From contig CAUYUJ010000048.1 in the NCBI GenBank assembly GCA_963575745.1, positions 124,001 through 188,000 of the forward strand: a DNA stretch of 64,000 bases, in the 5' to 3' direction. The translations under genes and the position numbers were made by a program. Below the pieces are notes generated by a model. That model searched no databases. It was given only the letters and a program-made list of their open reading frames with translations, and was not told the DNA's origin. Shown here in pieces: positions 12,915 to 26,000 of this stretch (its first letter is position 1; the number at the start of each line of letters is the position of its first letter). The DNA is from Prorocentrum cordatum. Lineage: Eukaryota.

Positions 12915-13800
12915 CCGGCGCCGGAAAATTGAATTCCGAGGCGGTGCCGAAAAAAGGCCACTCCAAGACATATTTTTCTTTCGAAAATATTGATTTTCTC
13001 CTCCCGGCGCCCTGGAACCCCTTCCGGGCCGATTCCGGCACCCGGGCCGGCGCTCGAGCCAAACGCCCGGGCCGGCACCCGGGCCAGCGCCCGGGCCGGT
13101 TCCGGCGCCGGCCGGCGCCGGAAAATTGAATTCCGAGGCGGTGCCGAAAAAAGGCCACTCCAAGACACATTTTTCTTTCGAAAATATTGATTTTCTGCTC
13201 CCGGCGCCCGGGAACCCCTTCCGGGCCGCTTCTGGCACCCGGGCCGGCGCTCGAGCCAAACGCCCGGGCCAGCACCCGGGCCAGCGCCCGGGCCGGTTCC
13301 GGCGCCGGCCGGCGCCGGAAAATTGAATTCCGAGGCGGTGCCGAAAAAAGGCCACTCCAAGACATATTTTTCTTTCGAAAATATTGATTTTCTGCTCCCG
13401 GCGCCCGGGAACCCCTTCCGGGCCGCTTCCGGCACCCGGGCCGGCGCTCGAGCCGAACGCCTGGGCCAGCACCCGGGCCAGCGCCCGGGCCGGTTCCGGC
13501 GCCGGCCGGCGCCGGAAAATTGAATTCCGAGGCGGTGCGGAAAAAAGGCCACTCCAAGACATATTTTTCTTTCGAAAATATTGATTTTCTGCTCCCGGCG
13601 CCCTGGAACCCCTTCCGGGCCGATTCCGGCACCCAGGCCGGCGCTCGAACCGAACGCCCGGGCCGGCACCTGGGCTGGCGGCCGAGCCGGATCCAGCGCT
13701 GGCGTCGGCTCTGGCCGTCGCCGGAAAAATTGAATTCCGAGGCCGCGCTAACAAAACTCATCCAAACAGATTTTTCGAAAGTGCATCATTTCTGCTCCCG
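12915..13800. repeat. 197-bp tandem satellite, ~4.5 copies
   Basis: GGAAAATTGAATTCCGAGGCGGTGC..TTCGAAAATATTGATTTT recurs with period 197 (e.g. 12990, 13187, 13384). Confidence 0.95.
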
Positions 13801-16800
13801 GCGCTCGGAGGCTTCTGCGTCTCAAGGAGAGGTGGAGCAGACATTAAAGGAGGTAAAAGCAAGCACACGAACGCTATGGACGCGCGATGCGCTGCCACAA
13901 GCCAGCTTCCCGCAAGATCGGTCCAGAGTGGGAGGGGACGGAGCTGGGCGGGTGAAGGACCACCAGAGCACTGCTCCAGCCTTCCCTCAGCCCTGGGTCT
14001 GCTGACCACACAGGAGCACGGCAGACCACACAGGAGCGCGGCAAACCACAAAGGAGCAAGGCAGACCCCAAATGAGCACGGCAGTCCACACGTTCGCACG
14101 GCAGACCGCACAGGAGCACGGCAGACCGCACATGAGCACGGCAGACCAAGAAGGAGCACGGCAGACCACACAGGAGCACGGCAGACCACACAGGAGCACG
14201 GCAGACCACACAGGACACGGCAGACCCCACGGGAGCACGGCAGACCACACAGGAGCACGGCAAACCACACAAGAGCACGGCAGACCATACAGGAGCACGC
14301 CAGACCACACAGGAGCACGGCAGATCACACGTTCGCACGGCAAACTCCACAGGAGCACGGCAGACCCCAAAGGAGCACGGCAGTGGTACGTGGCACTGCT
14401 GTGGTATGCCGTACTAAAAACGTGGAATATCTTATAAGCCCAGGGGACAAAAGGACGCTTCCCGTTCTTGTCCGGTCAGGTTGCAGAAAAATTGTCACCC
14501 CGCTCAAAAAATCTGACCAAGACGCGCCGACGACAGCCACCAGGGCTCCAAGACGGCCCAAGAGCGCTCCAAGACCGCCCTAGAGCGTTCCAAGATGCCC
14601 TAAGATGGCTTCCAGACGGTCCAAGAGAGCTCCAAGACGGCCCAGGAGGCCCTCAAGAGGCCTCCAAGACGCCTCAAGAGGCTTCGAAGAGGCCTCACAA
14701 GAGAGCCGAGGAGGCACAAATCTATGATTTTTGAATAGTTTTTGAAGGTTTTTGGGGTTCTCGCCTTTTCCGTTTCCCGACGCTCCAAGACGGCCCAAGA
14801 GGCCCCCAAGATCGCCCCAAGACGGCCCAAGAGGCTCCCAAGATCGCCTCAAGACGGCCCAAGAGGCCCCCAAGACGGCCTCAAGAAGGCACCAGAAGGC
14901 CCCAAGGTGGCCCCAAGACGGCCTCAAGAGGCTTCGCGGCGGCCCAAGAGGCCGTCAATATGGCTCCTAGAGGGGGCCCAGACGAGGTACACGAACGGAC
15001 TTTTCGGGTCCTCGGCCCCAAGTGCCCCCCCGGAGGGTCCAGGAGGCCCCCGGGAGCCCCCCAAGACGCTCCAAGAGGCCCCCAAGAGGCCCCAAAAAGG
15101 CCCCCAAGATGCCTCCAAGACGGCCCCCAAAAAACGGCCCCCAAGAGGCTTCAGAATTGCTTCCAAGAGGCCTACGAAAGACCGACCACGACATCCCAAG
15201 GCTCCATTACGAACGATGACGTGGGCAGCTTCGAACGCCAGAGCTCCCAGTACGAACGCTGGCGTCCAGAGCTTTGACGACAAACACTGCTATGAGCAAA
15301 AACGGCGCTACCCGTTCTTGTGCGGCCAGGTTCCGCTCAAAATGGCCGTTTCGCCTGAGACATCCTCGAAACAGTGAGATGTTGAAACCGTGTAGTTGAG
15401 ACGTCGTTTGTTAAAGATGAAGCCTTCGCTCGATACATCCTCGGAAAACGAGCTATTGAGCTCGCTCGCGAAATTGAGCGAATCATTGAAATTGTTTTTC
15501 GCCTGAGACATCTTCGAAACAGGTAGATGTGGAAGCTGCTTGATTAAGGCGTGTTTCGTTAAACATGGGGCTCTCGCTAGAGACATCCTCGGAAAAAGGT
15601 CCTGTCTCGTTTCGCCTGAGACATCCTCGAAAAAGTGAGATGTTGAAGCCGTGTAGTTGAGGCGTAGTTGGTTAAAAATGGGGTTCCCGCTCGGGACATG
15701 TTGTCTCCTCCGTCTCTGAGGTCTCATCCGTCTCTGAGGTCTCCTCCGTCTCTCCTCCGTCTCCTCCGCCATCCGCCTCCTTCTCCTCGTCCCCCGTTCT
15801 ACTCCTCCTCCTCCTCCTCCTCCTCCTCCTCCTCCTCCTCCTCCTCCTCCTCGTCCTCTTCACTACCTTCCTCCTTCGTCACGCACGCACGCCACGCAAT
15901 GACATCGTATGTTTGAGACGCTTTTCGTTGAACATGACACTCTCGCTCGCCTGTCCTTCACAGAACCCGTCCCGCACACGCACTTCATGTTTCAAGACTG
16001 CCCTTCACACTGCCCAAGAATGCTCATCGTCACTGTCACCGTCACCGTTCACTTCGCAACGCTTGCAATACAACGCAGACATAACGACATCTACCGCATT
16101 CCAATGCTAGAGTGCAGCTTGGACAAGCAACCGCAGGCACTCACCAAGTTCTGAGAAGCTCGGAGAAGTAACAAGAGCAACCACAGGCAACTACTAAGCT
16201 GAGAGAGGCAACCACTAACCTTGGAGAAGCAGCCACTGGCAACCACTAAGCTCGGAGAGGTTCCGAGAAGTAACGAGTAACCAGAGCAACCGCTGGCAAC
16301 CACTAAGCTCGGAGGAGGAGAAGGATGGGGAGGAGGCAGGGCCAGCGCGGCAGACCAGCACGGCAGACGAGCGCGGCACGCCAGCGCGGAGATCTTTCGT
16401 GTACTCAATCAGACGTTCTCGGACAAGCCCTTGGGACAAAGCGGCGCTTCCCGTTCTTGTCCGGAGAGGTTCCTGCGTGGGCAGAGAATTGATGCAATTG
16501 TGGCCGTAGTGGAGCACGAAGACGGGTTTGGTGCCTTCGAGGTGCCGCGCTGCATGCCCATAGAGGCATCTCTGCGCGGTGTTTCGGAGCTCGGCTTCAA
16601 GGATGTCGCCTTCCATTTCAGCGGCGGCAAGGAGGGGCCGCGAAGGGGCACTCGTTGGTCTGGTGGCATCTCCAAGCGACGAGGGTGGCGAAGACGGCGG
16701 AGATGCAAGCGCTGTTGCCAGCGCTAATGTCGGGCGCAATGCTGTAGTGCTGGGTTGTTCGTCTTACGTTGTGTTCGAGGCGCGCGAGCACGACGGGTCG

Positions 16801-18074
16801 CGCAGGTTGCAGGGCGCGCGATGCCCATCGCGTTAGTTTGAGCTGGCAAGCGGAAGGGCTTTGCAAAAGTCCATTGCGCGGTTGCTGCTTACATTTGTGC
16901 CCTGCGCCCGGCACGAACCGTACGCATCACAACGGATTTGAGTTCGATGGTTACGGAATACAATCGGCGTCACCCCAGCATGCTACTACTATATGTGCGT
17001 CGCCCCTCAAGGGAGACGCGCGCACCGATAAATCTCATTGTATATGCGTCGTGGCGGGCGGTTTGTGGGCACGCCGCTCGGGAAATGACATACTAGACGA
17101 TGGGTATACTATAGCTTCGGGTCGGACGCACGCTTCCAAGGGTAACATATCGTACTAGTACATATGTCTTCGCGAGTCCCATGCAGCGCTGACCCCTCCA
17201 TAGCTCATCTTGCGCAGTGCGCCGTGCCGCGGGCAAGCCGCATGGTCCACGTCGCAACGCGCGACTGGCACGCGAGCCTCAGGGTCATTGCGTGCGAGCG
17301 GCAGTTCCCGGCCCTCGGGTGCGCAGTTGTGAAAAGGTGAAAGAGATCGTTCCAGGGGAAATGGGGACGACGCTGAAAGAGCCCTGGAGTTACATTCCCA
17401 CTACAGGAGTAATATTGAAGAGTGATAAACAAATCTGGCGGCGATTTCGTTTTTGGTTTTCAGTGTGAAGCATTTTTTCCAAAATCCGCCTGGAGGAATA
17501 CATGCCCGACCTGAAGCTACAAAGTCCCTGAGCCCACTTTGCAGCAGGGTTGGACATGCGCCGGCAGGGCCATTGCATACCTGGCAGACTGGACACGCGC
17601 GGCTCCTCTTCGCGCCAGAGACATTTTCGCGATCGGTGGATTCGTATCCACTAAGGCCAGTCCGCGTGAGTTCGTCACTGTCGGTCCTGACGCAGCGGCG
17701 CTCAAGGATATGATTTGCCAGGGGGACGACCTCAACCGAAAAACATTGCACGTGCTGGCCAAGAAGTCGTTCCAGTCGGGATTCGTTGTGACGTTGGCGC
17801 CGCTGCGCGAGAACGACAGTCAAGCTTTACAGTTTGCAGCCTAATACGGCTGCGCCGCGCTGGCACACGATTTGGTAGGTGTTCCCGACCAGTTTGTGGT
17901 GTTGGGTCCTCGTTTTGCAGAGACAGCACCCCGCGTCTCCTTCCTCCCGCTGCGCTCTCCTCCTCCTCCTCCTCCTCCTCCTCCTCCTTCTCCTCCTCCT
18001 CCTCCTCCTCCTCCTCCTCCTCCCATCCGCCTCTCCTCCTCTCCATCCTCCCTTTCCTCCCATCTGTTGCACCA

Positions 18075-18870
18075 CTCACACGTTTCATGGCTCAATTGGG
18101 AGCTCCACCGAAGGCCCCAATGGCAGCAGCGCCCGCATGCAGTTTCACCCTCCATTTTGGCACACCCCTCACAAGCTTCGTGGTCCTACAGGAAGCTCCA
18201 CCGAATGCTCCAATGGCAGCGCCCGCATTCAGCTCCGCCTTCCATTTCGGCACAATCCCTCACACGTTTCAGAGCCCCATCGGCAGCTCCACCGCAGGCC
18301 CAAGTGGCAGCGCCCGCATGCAGTTCCACCCTACATGTCGGCACAACCCTTTACACGTTTCTTGACCCATAGGGAGCTCTGTCGAATGCCCGAATGGCCC
18401 GTATTCAGCTCCACCTTCCATTTCGGCACAATCCCTCACACGTTTCATGGCCCCATGGGGGGAGCTCCACCACAGGCCCAAGTGGCAACGCCAGCATGCA
18501 GTTCCACCCTCCATTTCGGCACAACCCCTCACACGCTTCGTAGCCCCATATGGAGTCCTACCGAAGGCCCCGGCGGCAGCGCCCGCATGCGGTTCCACCC
18601 TTATTTTGGTGCACTTCTCACACATGTCATGGCCCCATACGTGAGGGGACTCCACCGAAGGCTCCAGTGGCAGAGCCCGCATGCGGTTCCACTGCTCATG
18701 TCCGCGAACCCCTCACACGTGCCGTGGCCCCATGGGGAGCTCCATCTAAGACCCCAGTGGCAGCGCCCGCATGGTGGCCCCGCCACATTTCGGCGCACCC
18801 TTCACGCGCTTCGTGGCCCCATACAGAGATCCACCAACGGCGAGACTCACAACCACGGTACCCACAATTG
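18075..18870. repeat. ~90-bp tandem repeat, ~9 diverged copies
   Basis: CACACGTTTC..GGAGCTCCACCGAAGGCCCCAGTGGCAGCGCCCGCATGCAGTTCCACC. Confidence 0.9.
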
Positions 18871-19639
18871 CATATGGTTGGGGCTCGTGCCAGGCTAAGT
18901 TTGATGGGTGCCGCCCAAAAGATTCGAACAGCAATGGTGTAGATGCGTTGCATTACGCGCTTCAGGCTTGAACGGCGAGCGCGAAGCGCAACAAGACGCT
19001 TAGCGACGCATCGCCTGTTCTGGCGCGCTGCTACTGGACAGGAAAGCGATGTTGTCGGGGCTGTGCGCGGCGTGCTGCCTTTGCGGTAGCACTTTCGGGA
19101 AGCACGATCAAGTGTCACAGCGCAGGCCATTGCAAGCCTGCTTGCGAGACGGCTTGCGTACCCCCTGGTTCGCTAGCGCCATGGTTATTTGCATCAAGAG
19201 ATGACCGCCTGGATCCGTCCTGAGATGCGTTAGCACACGAATTTTGAGGCGAATGCAGCCGTGGCGACCAGCGCCCTCCAGGAGGTCCAGCAACGCTCCA
19301 GCACATCGATCCTCGGTCCTCTCCTCCTCCTCCTCCTCCTCCTCCTCCTCCTCCTCCTCCTCCTCCTCCTTGTCCTCTCCTCCTCCTCCTTGTCCTCCCT
19401 CCCCCTCGTCGAAGATAAGGGGTGGGGCACCGAAGTGGGTAAGAATATCAGCGGCGTGTTGGCGGTCTATCAGCTGGGAGCAATGCACGGTGGCAATGGC
19501 GGTCCCATGCCCGGCAGCGCGAACAGAACGCAGCGCCGCGCAGGGTCACGACAGGTGACGGGCTCTCTCGGGCTGGGCCTGGCACCTTACGGGAGGGCAA
19601 TGGGGCCAGGCGTCGGGCAGATACGCTCGTCGTGCGCGT

Positions 19640-20830
19640 GTTTTAGCGCCGCGCACATTCTTGTTAAACAATTGTAAGAGGTTCACGGTGTCTCATCATC
19701 GACGTAGCAGAGATGGTGTTTTGGAGGGATTCACGTTCATGAGGGCACAACAGTTACGATGCTTCGCAATGTTGAAGTCCCAGGAATGGCGCTCTGGCAC
19801 GATTCAGTATCGTCAAGACGCAACGGTCAGGTTTATCCGTGGCGCTGGAATCCCGAGAACGATGTTTTGGCATGCTTCAGGATCTTCAATCGGTTGTCTT
19901 CCAACGAGGCAGGTCCTTCTGTGAAAATGAACAGATGCACAGGCCTATGAAGAGGAAGTTTTGCGGGAGGGCTTATTCCAACATCGTTTGTGACCTTTGG
20001 GTTTGCATTGGTTGTTCTTCCTCCTCCTCCTCCTTCTCCCCCTCCTGCTACATTCCTTTCCCTAACCAATCGCTTCTCCCTGTCGCACCCCGAGGCCAGT
20101 CGGCAAGGCGGGCTGGGAGTGTCGCTTGGGACTTCCATACAAGCTTGCAATAACACAGCTGGGAACAGTTTCACCGATGGAGGGCGGGCCGCTGCCAAAA
20201 TGTGGCTCTCGCCTCAGCGCCGCGCACATTCTTTCTATTTGGACATTTCCAGGGCTTCGCAGATTGAGGGCGCGTGGTTTTCAAATTGTGGTTCTCTCCT
20301 CAGCGCCGCGCACATTCGCTGTAAGAAATTTGCTCGGGTTTTACGTATTGAGGGCGGGTGGTTTTCAAATTGTGGTGTTCGCTTTAGCGCCGCGCACACT
20401 CGTTGCAAACAGTTGCAAGAGCTTCAATGATCGAGGGTGGGTGGTTGTCAAAATGTGGTTCTCGTTTTTAGTGCCGCGCACAGTCGTTCCAAAAGTGTGC
20501 AAGAGCTTCACGGATTGAGGGCAGCTCCTTGTCAAGATGTGGTTTTCGCCTTAGCGCCGCGCACACACTTTTCAAAACATGTAATGCTTTTCGTCGGTTC
20601 TAATTGTGAACGAACCAGACTTGGTGAGCTGGAACGAATTAGGATTGACAGGGCGCAGCAGTCGCGGTGTTGAAGTCCAAGACTGGTGTTCTGGCGCGAT
20701 TCAGGATCGTCAAGACGCAGCAGTTTGGTTGACTCGCGGCGCTGAGGTCCTGAGAATGCTGTTTTGGCACGCTTCGGGTTTTTCATACTGTTGTCCCCCA
20801 GTGGGGCCCTTCCGTTAGTGGAAGTGAACC
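19640..20830. repeat. TTAGCGCCGCGCACA ~60-bp repeats, plus a duplicated segment (19700-19930 vs 20640-20830)
   Basis: Recurring motif. GAAGTCCA.GA.TGG..TCTGGC.CGATTCAG.ATCGTCAAGACGCA occurs twice. Confidence 0.75.
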
Positions 20831-23049
20831 CTTCTAAGGGCCTCTGCAGAGGGAGCGTGGAGGGAGAGTGTATTTCAATAGCGTTGATGAGTCTAGGGTT
20901 TACACTGGTCCGCCTCCTCCTCCTCCTCCTCATCCTCCTCCTGTTCCTCTCGTTTTATTTTGGAACCATCTCAGGGACCTCCTAAGTGCCTTTCAGGGTT
21001 CTGCCAGTGCCTTCTCAAGAGCCTCTCAAGAGCCTCTCACGGCCCTCCTGGGGTCCCATGTCGGTACCCTCCCTGGACGTCTGCAGCAACTTGCTGTTGG
21101 TGCGCTTTGTTGGGATCGCAGCATTTTTCCGTGACGTCAGGGGGGGAGCCCAGAGCCCAGACGTCCAGCTTTCCCCCAGCTTGGGCCCCACAGGCTGGTT
21201 CTCCGGGCCCTGCCGCCGTCGAAAGACGACCTGGGATGCGAGACCAGCGCCTTGGGGAAGGTCGAAGGGGCCCCTTCCGCCGCCTTGGGGCCTCGGAGGC
21301 CAGTCTTTAGGCCCCGCCGCCGTCGAAAATCCGACCCAGGACGATGGACCAGCCCCTGGGGAGACGATTGACGCGTCTTCAGGACGCGTCTTATGGTCGG
21401 ACCGGGCTATAAGATCGAGGTCGGTTCGGGGCGGGTGCACTGACGTTCTTCGTGACTGTTGGATGTTCTTGCGCATTCTGGGGGAGGGCACCCTCGAACG
21501 TTTTTCAGTTTGGCCGGCGGAGGGTCTCGCGTTCTTGAAGTATTTTTTTTTGTCTTTGATCCGGCGGTAGCCCAACGTGTGTCTGCCCCACTCGGCTCCA
21601 CCGATGGCACCCAGCGTGTGGGTTGGAGGCCCGAAGTTTTGGAGCCGTCGGAGCACTAGGGTTGAGTCGGGCGTGTCCCTCAACAGGAGGAATATCCAAA
21701 CATTGTCAAAACATATTCCGGATGTCATAAGAAGCGTGGGGGGTGGATCGCGTGGGCCAGTTTTCGATCATTTCTCAGTTTTCGATGTTCGCTTCTTCGG
21801 GACGGTGTCTCAAAAGCAGTCTGGGGGCGATCTCCACCCTTTCTCAAGACTGACTTCTGCATCTTGCTGATGCCTCCTTGGGCATCCTCCAGATACAGCC
21901 TGCCCGTGGAGGGGCATGCCCGACCTGGCACTGGGGCCCTCTGCCGGGCCTCGGCCGGCGGCGGCGGCCGCCCGGGCGGGGCGAGGCTCCGGAGACGAGG
22001 GGCGTCAGTGCACTCAAGAGGGACAAAAAACACACAGACATCATTAATCCTCGATTCCTCAGAAAATATTTGGGAAACTATGGGAAGTGTGGGGGGGAAG
22101 AATGAGAAACCCAGAAGATATGGCAACATATGGGGCATCTCTTTATTTGTGTGCATTTGTTTGTGTGTCCTGGGGCCTCTTCAGGCTCCCGGAGGACGAG
22201 GAGGTGTAGGAGGAGGAGGAGGAGGAGGAGGAGGAGGAGGAGGAGGAGGAGGAGGGGGTCCGTCAGGGCGTGGAGAGCGTGCACCCCACAGCGTGCCGCC
22301 GGCGGGCGCTCTGCGGGGGCTCGCCGCCGGTCTGCCCGCAAGGGTGCATCGACGATTTGCCAGATCGGCGCTTCTTCCCCCCCCCCGCCTGTGGCTGCAC
22401 AGTGTTCCCCCCTCCTCCTCCTCCTCCTCCTCCTCCTCCTCCTCCTCCTCCTCCTCTTCCTCCACCTCCCTCCTCCTCCTCTCTTCCTCCTCCTCCTCCT
22501 CCTCCTCCTCCTCCTCCTCCTCCTCCTCCTCTCTTCCTCCTCCTCCTCCTCCTCCTCCTCCTGTTCCTCCTCCTCTCCTGAGCCGCCCCTCCCCTCTTGC
22601 GCGGGGGTCCGTCAGGTCGGGCGTGTCCCTCTACAGGCGGATTCTGGACGACAAGTAAACAGTACCCAAACATATGCAAACCATATCCGAAGATGATAGA
22701 GAATCGTCCCCACATTATGTTTTGACCGTTTGTGAAAAGTCCCCCTGTAGAGGGACAGGCCCGACTTAAAGCTTGCAGGCCCCTGCAGAGCCTGGGGTGC
22801 ATTGACCCAGGCTTGCGTGCAGGATTCTGCAGGATCTTGCTTTGGCATCGTTCGGGCGCGTGCATTTTTTCTCGACGAGGACGATCGAAGAGAGTCTCGG
22901 CGCATCCTGCGAACAAGTAAGCGCACGACATCGGACAGTGCACCAGGAAGCGGACGTCCCAGCGATGGTGAGCTGCAGGATCCTGCAGATCCCGACCGAC
23001 CCGGGCTTGGATGGGGAATCCGGGGGATGTGCCAGGTGTGTGTGTGTGT

Positions 23050-23097
<48 letters not shown>

Positions 23098-26000
23098 GGT
23101 TCTTGCACCGAACCGCCCCAAGCAGATGCCCGCCCGCCGCAGGCAGCTCCCGAATAGCTGCGGGCAGGCGGGGCACGCGCGGGGCACCCGCTCGCGGCAG
23201 CTCGGTGCACCAGCGGATCGAACTCATGGCCCCCCTCGGGGTCCCCCCCCCTCTGGTGGATCCCGATTCGATTGCCCCGAATCGGTCCCCAGACCCCGAC
23301 GTCACGATTTTTTCGTGGCGGCGACCCCCAGAGGTCTGGACCCATTCCGACCGGCTCTTCTCACCCTGCGTCGTTTTGTTGACGCTCCCGAGGCCCGGGG
23401 TAAGGGCCCCCCCCCCCAGAGGCCGAACATAGCGACAACAAAAACACCTCAGGTCCCAGTTTTTTTCAGGAGGGGAAAAACACACAGACACGATGAATCG
23501 GCGATTTCCAGAGAATATGGGAAAATATGGGAAGTGGGGGGGAAGACAGAAACCCCGAAAATATGGGAAAAGATTGGGAATCTTTTTTATGTGTGTGTAT
23601 TTCTTTGTGTGTCCCAGGGCCCCTTCATTTTTGCGCGACTCGAGGGATTCTTTGGGTATTTGGCGGATCCCGAGCGGGCTGCCCGGGGGTCGGCTTGGAG
23701 AGCCCTGCGCGGGGGCGACCTCGGCTTCCTGGATGGGGTCGGAGCAGGGGGAGTCGGAGGATCGCGCCGCGTCGCCGACGCATCGCCGAGGCGACTCGAT
23801 GCGGAGCCCGACGTGCTTCGCGTCGACGTCGCCGATGCATCGCCCACGTCGACGATGCATTGCCATGATGCATCGCCGAAGTAGCCATTGGCGATGCGGC
23901 GCGATCCTCCGACCCTATCTGGGAGGCGTCTGGGCGAGCCGGGCTGGGCTGGCGAAGGCTCTCCCCGCCGCGGACGCGTGCCTCGCTGCGGCGGGGGCGG
24001 GCGCCTCGCGGGCACCAGCCGGGGAGGGAGCCCCCTGCAGGCGCCGCGACAGGGGGGTCTCCGAGGCTCTCCGGCGGGCGGGCAGCAGCGGTCGGAGCCC
24101 CGCATCGTCAGTCAGAGGAGGAACAGGCACCCACACCGCTATAGCCTCCCCTGAGATCCTGGCGACTCAATGTTTTCCAAGCCCGGCGTTTGTGCTCCGG
24201 TTCGGGCTCTGGGACCCTCACAGATCGGTCGGGATCGAAAAGTGACGCAGAAAGATACGGTCCGGGGGTCCAGTTGTGATTTTTTACGATGCTGTGAGCT
24301 TTCTGCAACGTCGGATCTCAGGGTCCGCCCGCTTTCCTTTAGGGGGCCTCCTCGGAGGCCCTCGTCGCCACCGCTGGAGTCGCCTCGAAATTCGGGTCAG
24401 GACGCACCCCGGGAGAGGTCGGGGGAGCAGCGGTATCGGTGCCTCTTGACTTCCCCAGTCAGGGGCTGGGGGCGGCCATGGGGTACAGACGGGGCGCTGA
24501 AGAAGGAACCCTTTTCGTTGGGGAGGGGCTCGGTGTTCCTTGATTGCTCTACAGCTTGCCTTAGGTTTTCATGAGGTTTTCCATGGGAGGTCGAAGTGTA
24601 ACTCATGGGAAAAAGGGGCCTCGTTCCTTATTTAGGGTTCCTTAGGTCAACGCCCCGGCTGTGCCCTGGGATCCCGGCGCCTCGATTTCTTTGGAGCCGG
24701 GCGTCTGCGCTCCACCTCGGGCCGCAGGGCCCTCACGGAGCGATCCGGCTGGACAACGGACATCCAGAAATAGATGGGGTCCGGGGGTCGGGGCGTGATT
24801 TTTCGCGACGTTGCCTTGTTTTCGCAATGTCGGATCTTAGGGTAATCGGCTGCAGATTCGATGATCGGGGGCCCTAGCCGGAGTTATCCCGGACCGCGGC
24901 TATCCCAGATGATTCGGGCGTCGGACCCTTCCAAATCGTCAGGATTGGGGGGGCGGTCAGGGGGGTAGCTGCAGAGTCCCGCTTCGGGGGCCCGTAGCGG
25001 AGTTGCCCTGGACCGCAGTTATTCCGGGGAATTCGGGCGTCCGAAACGGTGGGGCGGGTTGCAGATATTTCGTAGGTTGATAGACCTCCTACCTTGACAC
25101 ACGTCGATTAACGCATTGGCCGTTTTCAGTTCGCGAGAGGGCGCCGCGGCCATCATTTTTACGGGTCCAGGTCAGTCGGTTTCGGTCGTAGGCCGCTTTC
25201 ATTAAATGGCGGTTTAAATTAAAGGGAGGCTTGTCCACCGCCGAAAATATCCGACGCTCCGAACAGAAGTCGGGCCGGCGGGTTTTTGGCGGTGTCTCTT
25301 CGTGCGGTGAGTGCCCTCCCCCCCTATTCGCCCTCGCTCCGCGGCCGCTCCCGTGCTGCCGGACAAGTAGCGTGCTGCGCCCCAGCTGCCGGAGCGCGCG
25401 AGCGGACGCTGCCGCTGCCGCGCCGCGGCGCTTTTGGCCGCCTGCGGCCTCCAGAATCACAAAGTCAAAACAGATGCCCAATCCCAAAAACGCGAGGGCC
25501 AAGACAAAATGCAGGCTCCTCGAGACTTCGGGGAGGGAGATTTTGGGGTAGGGTTTTTCCAGGGCGACGACGACGAACGCAAGGCATACCCCGAAATCTT
25601 TGGCCGATCTTCGAATCCTCGGTGAATCCGCGATTTTGGGATTGGGGATGTGTTTTTTCGTGGTCACAGAAGGCCCTCGATGGATGCGTCTCGGGGCCGT
25701 CGAGAGACGACGCAGGACGGAACGCCGCCCCTGGCGAAGTGGTCCAGGCCGCCAGGGCCCACGCGTCGAGCAGACTGGAGCGGCCAGAGCTTCGGGGCCC
25801 TGAAACAGCCTCTCGCATCGGCGCCACCCCAGCGTCCTGATGTTCTGGGTGAGTCGCCCCCCCAGGGGCGTCGCGCGCGCCAGGATATCTTGAGTATAAG
25901 CTCCGTGGCGAGCCAAACCGCTCGGGAAGCGATGTACTACAATATACTTGTACTCTATGTTCGGATCGGACGCACGCCTCCAAGGAGAGCACATTGTACT

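Noticed and set aside
12230..14583. 475-489 aa ORFs with repeated peptides
   Set aside because: They are read-throughs of the 20-bp and 197-bp satellites.
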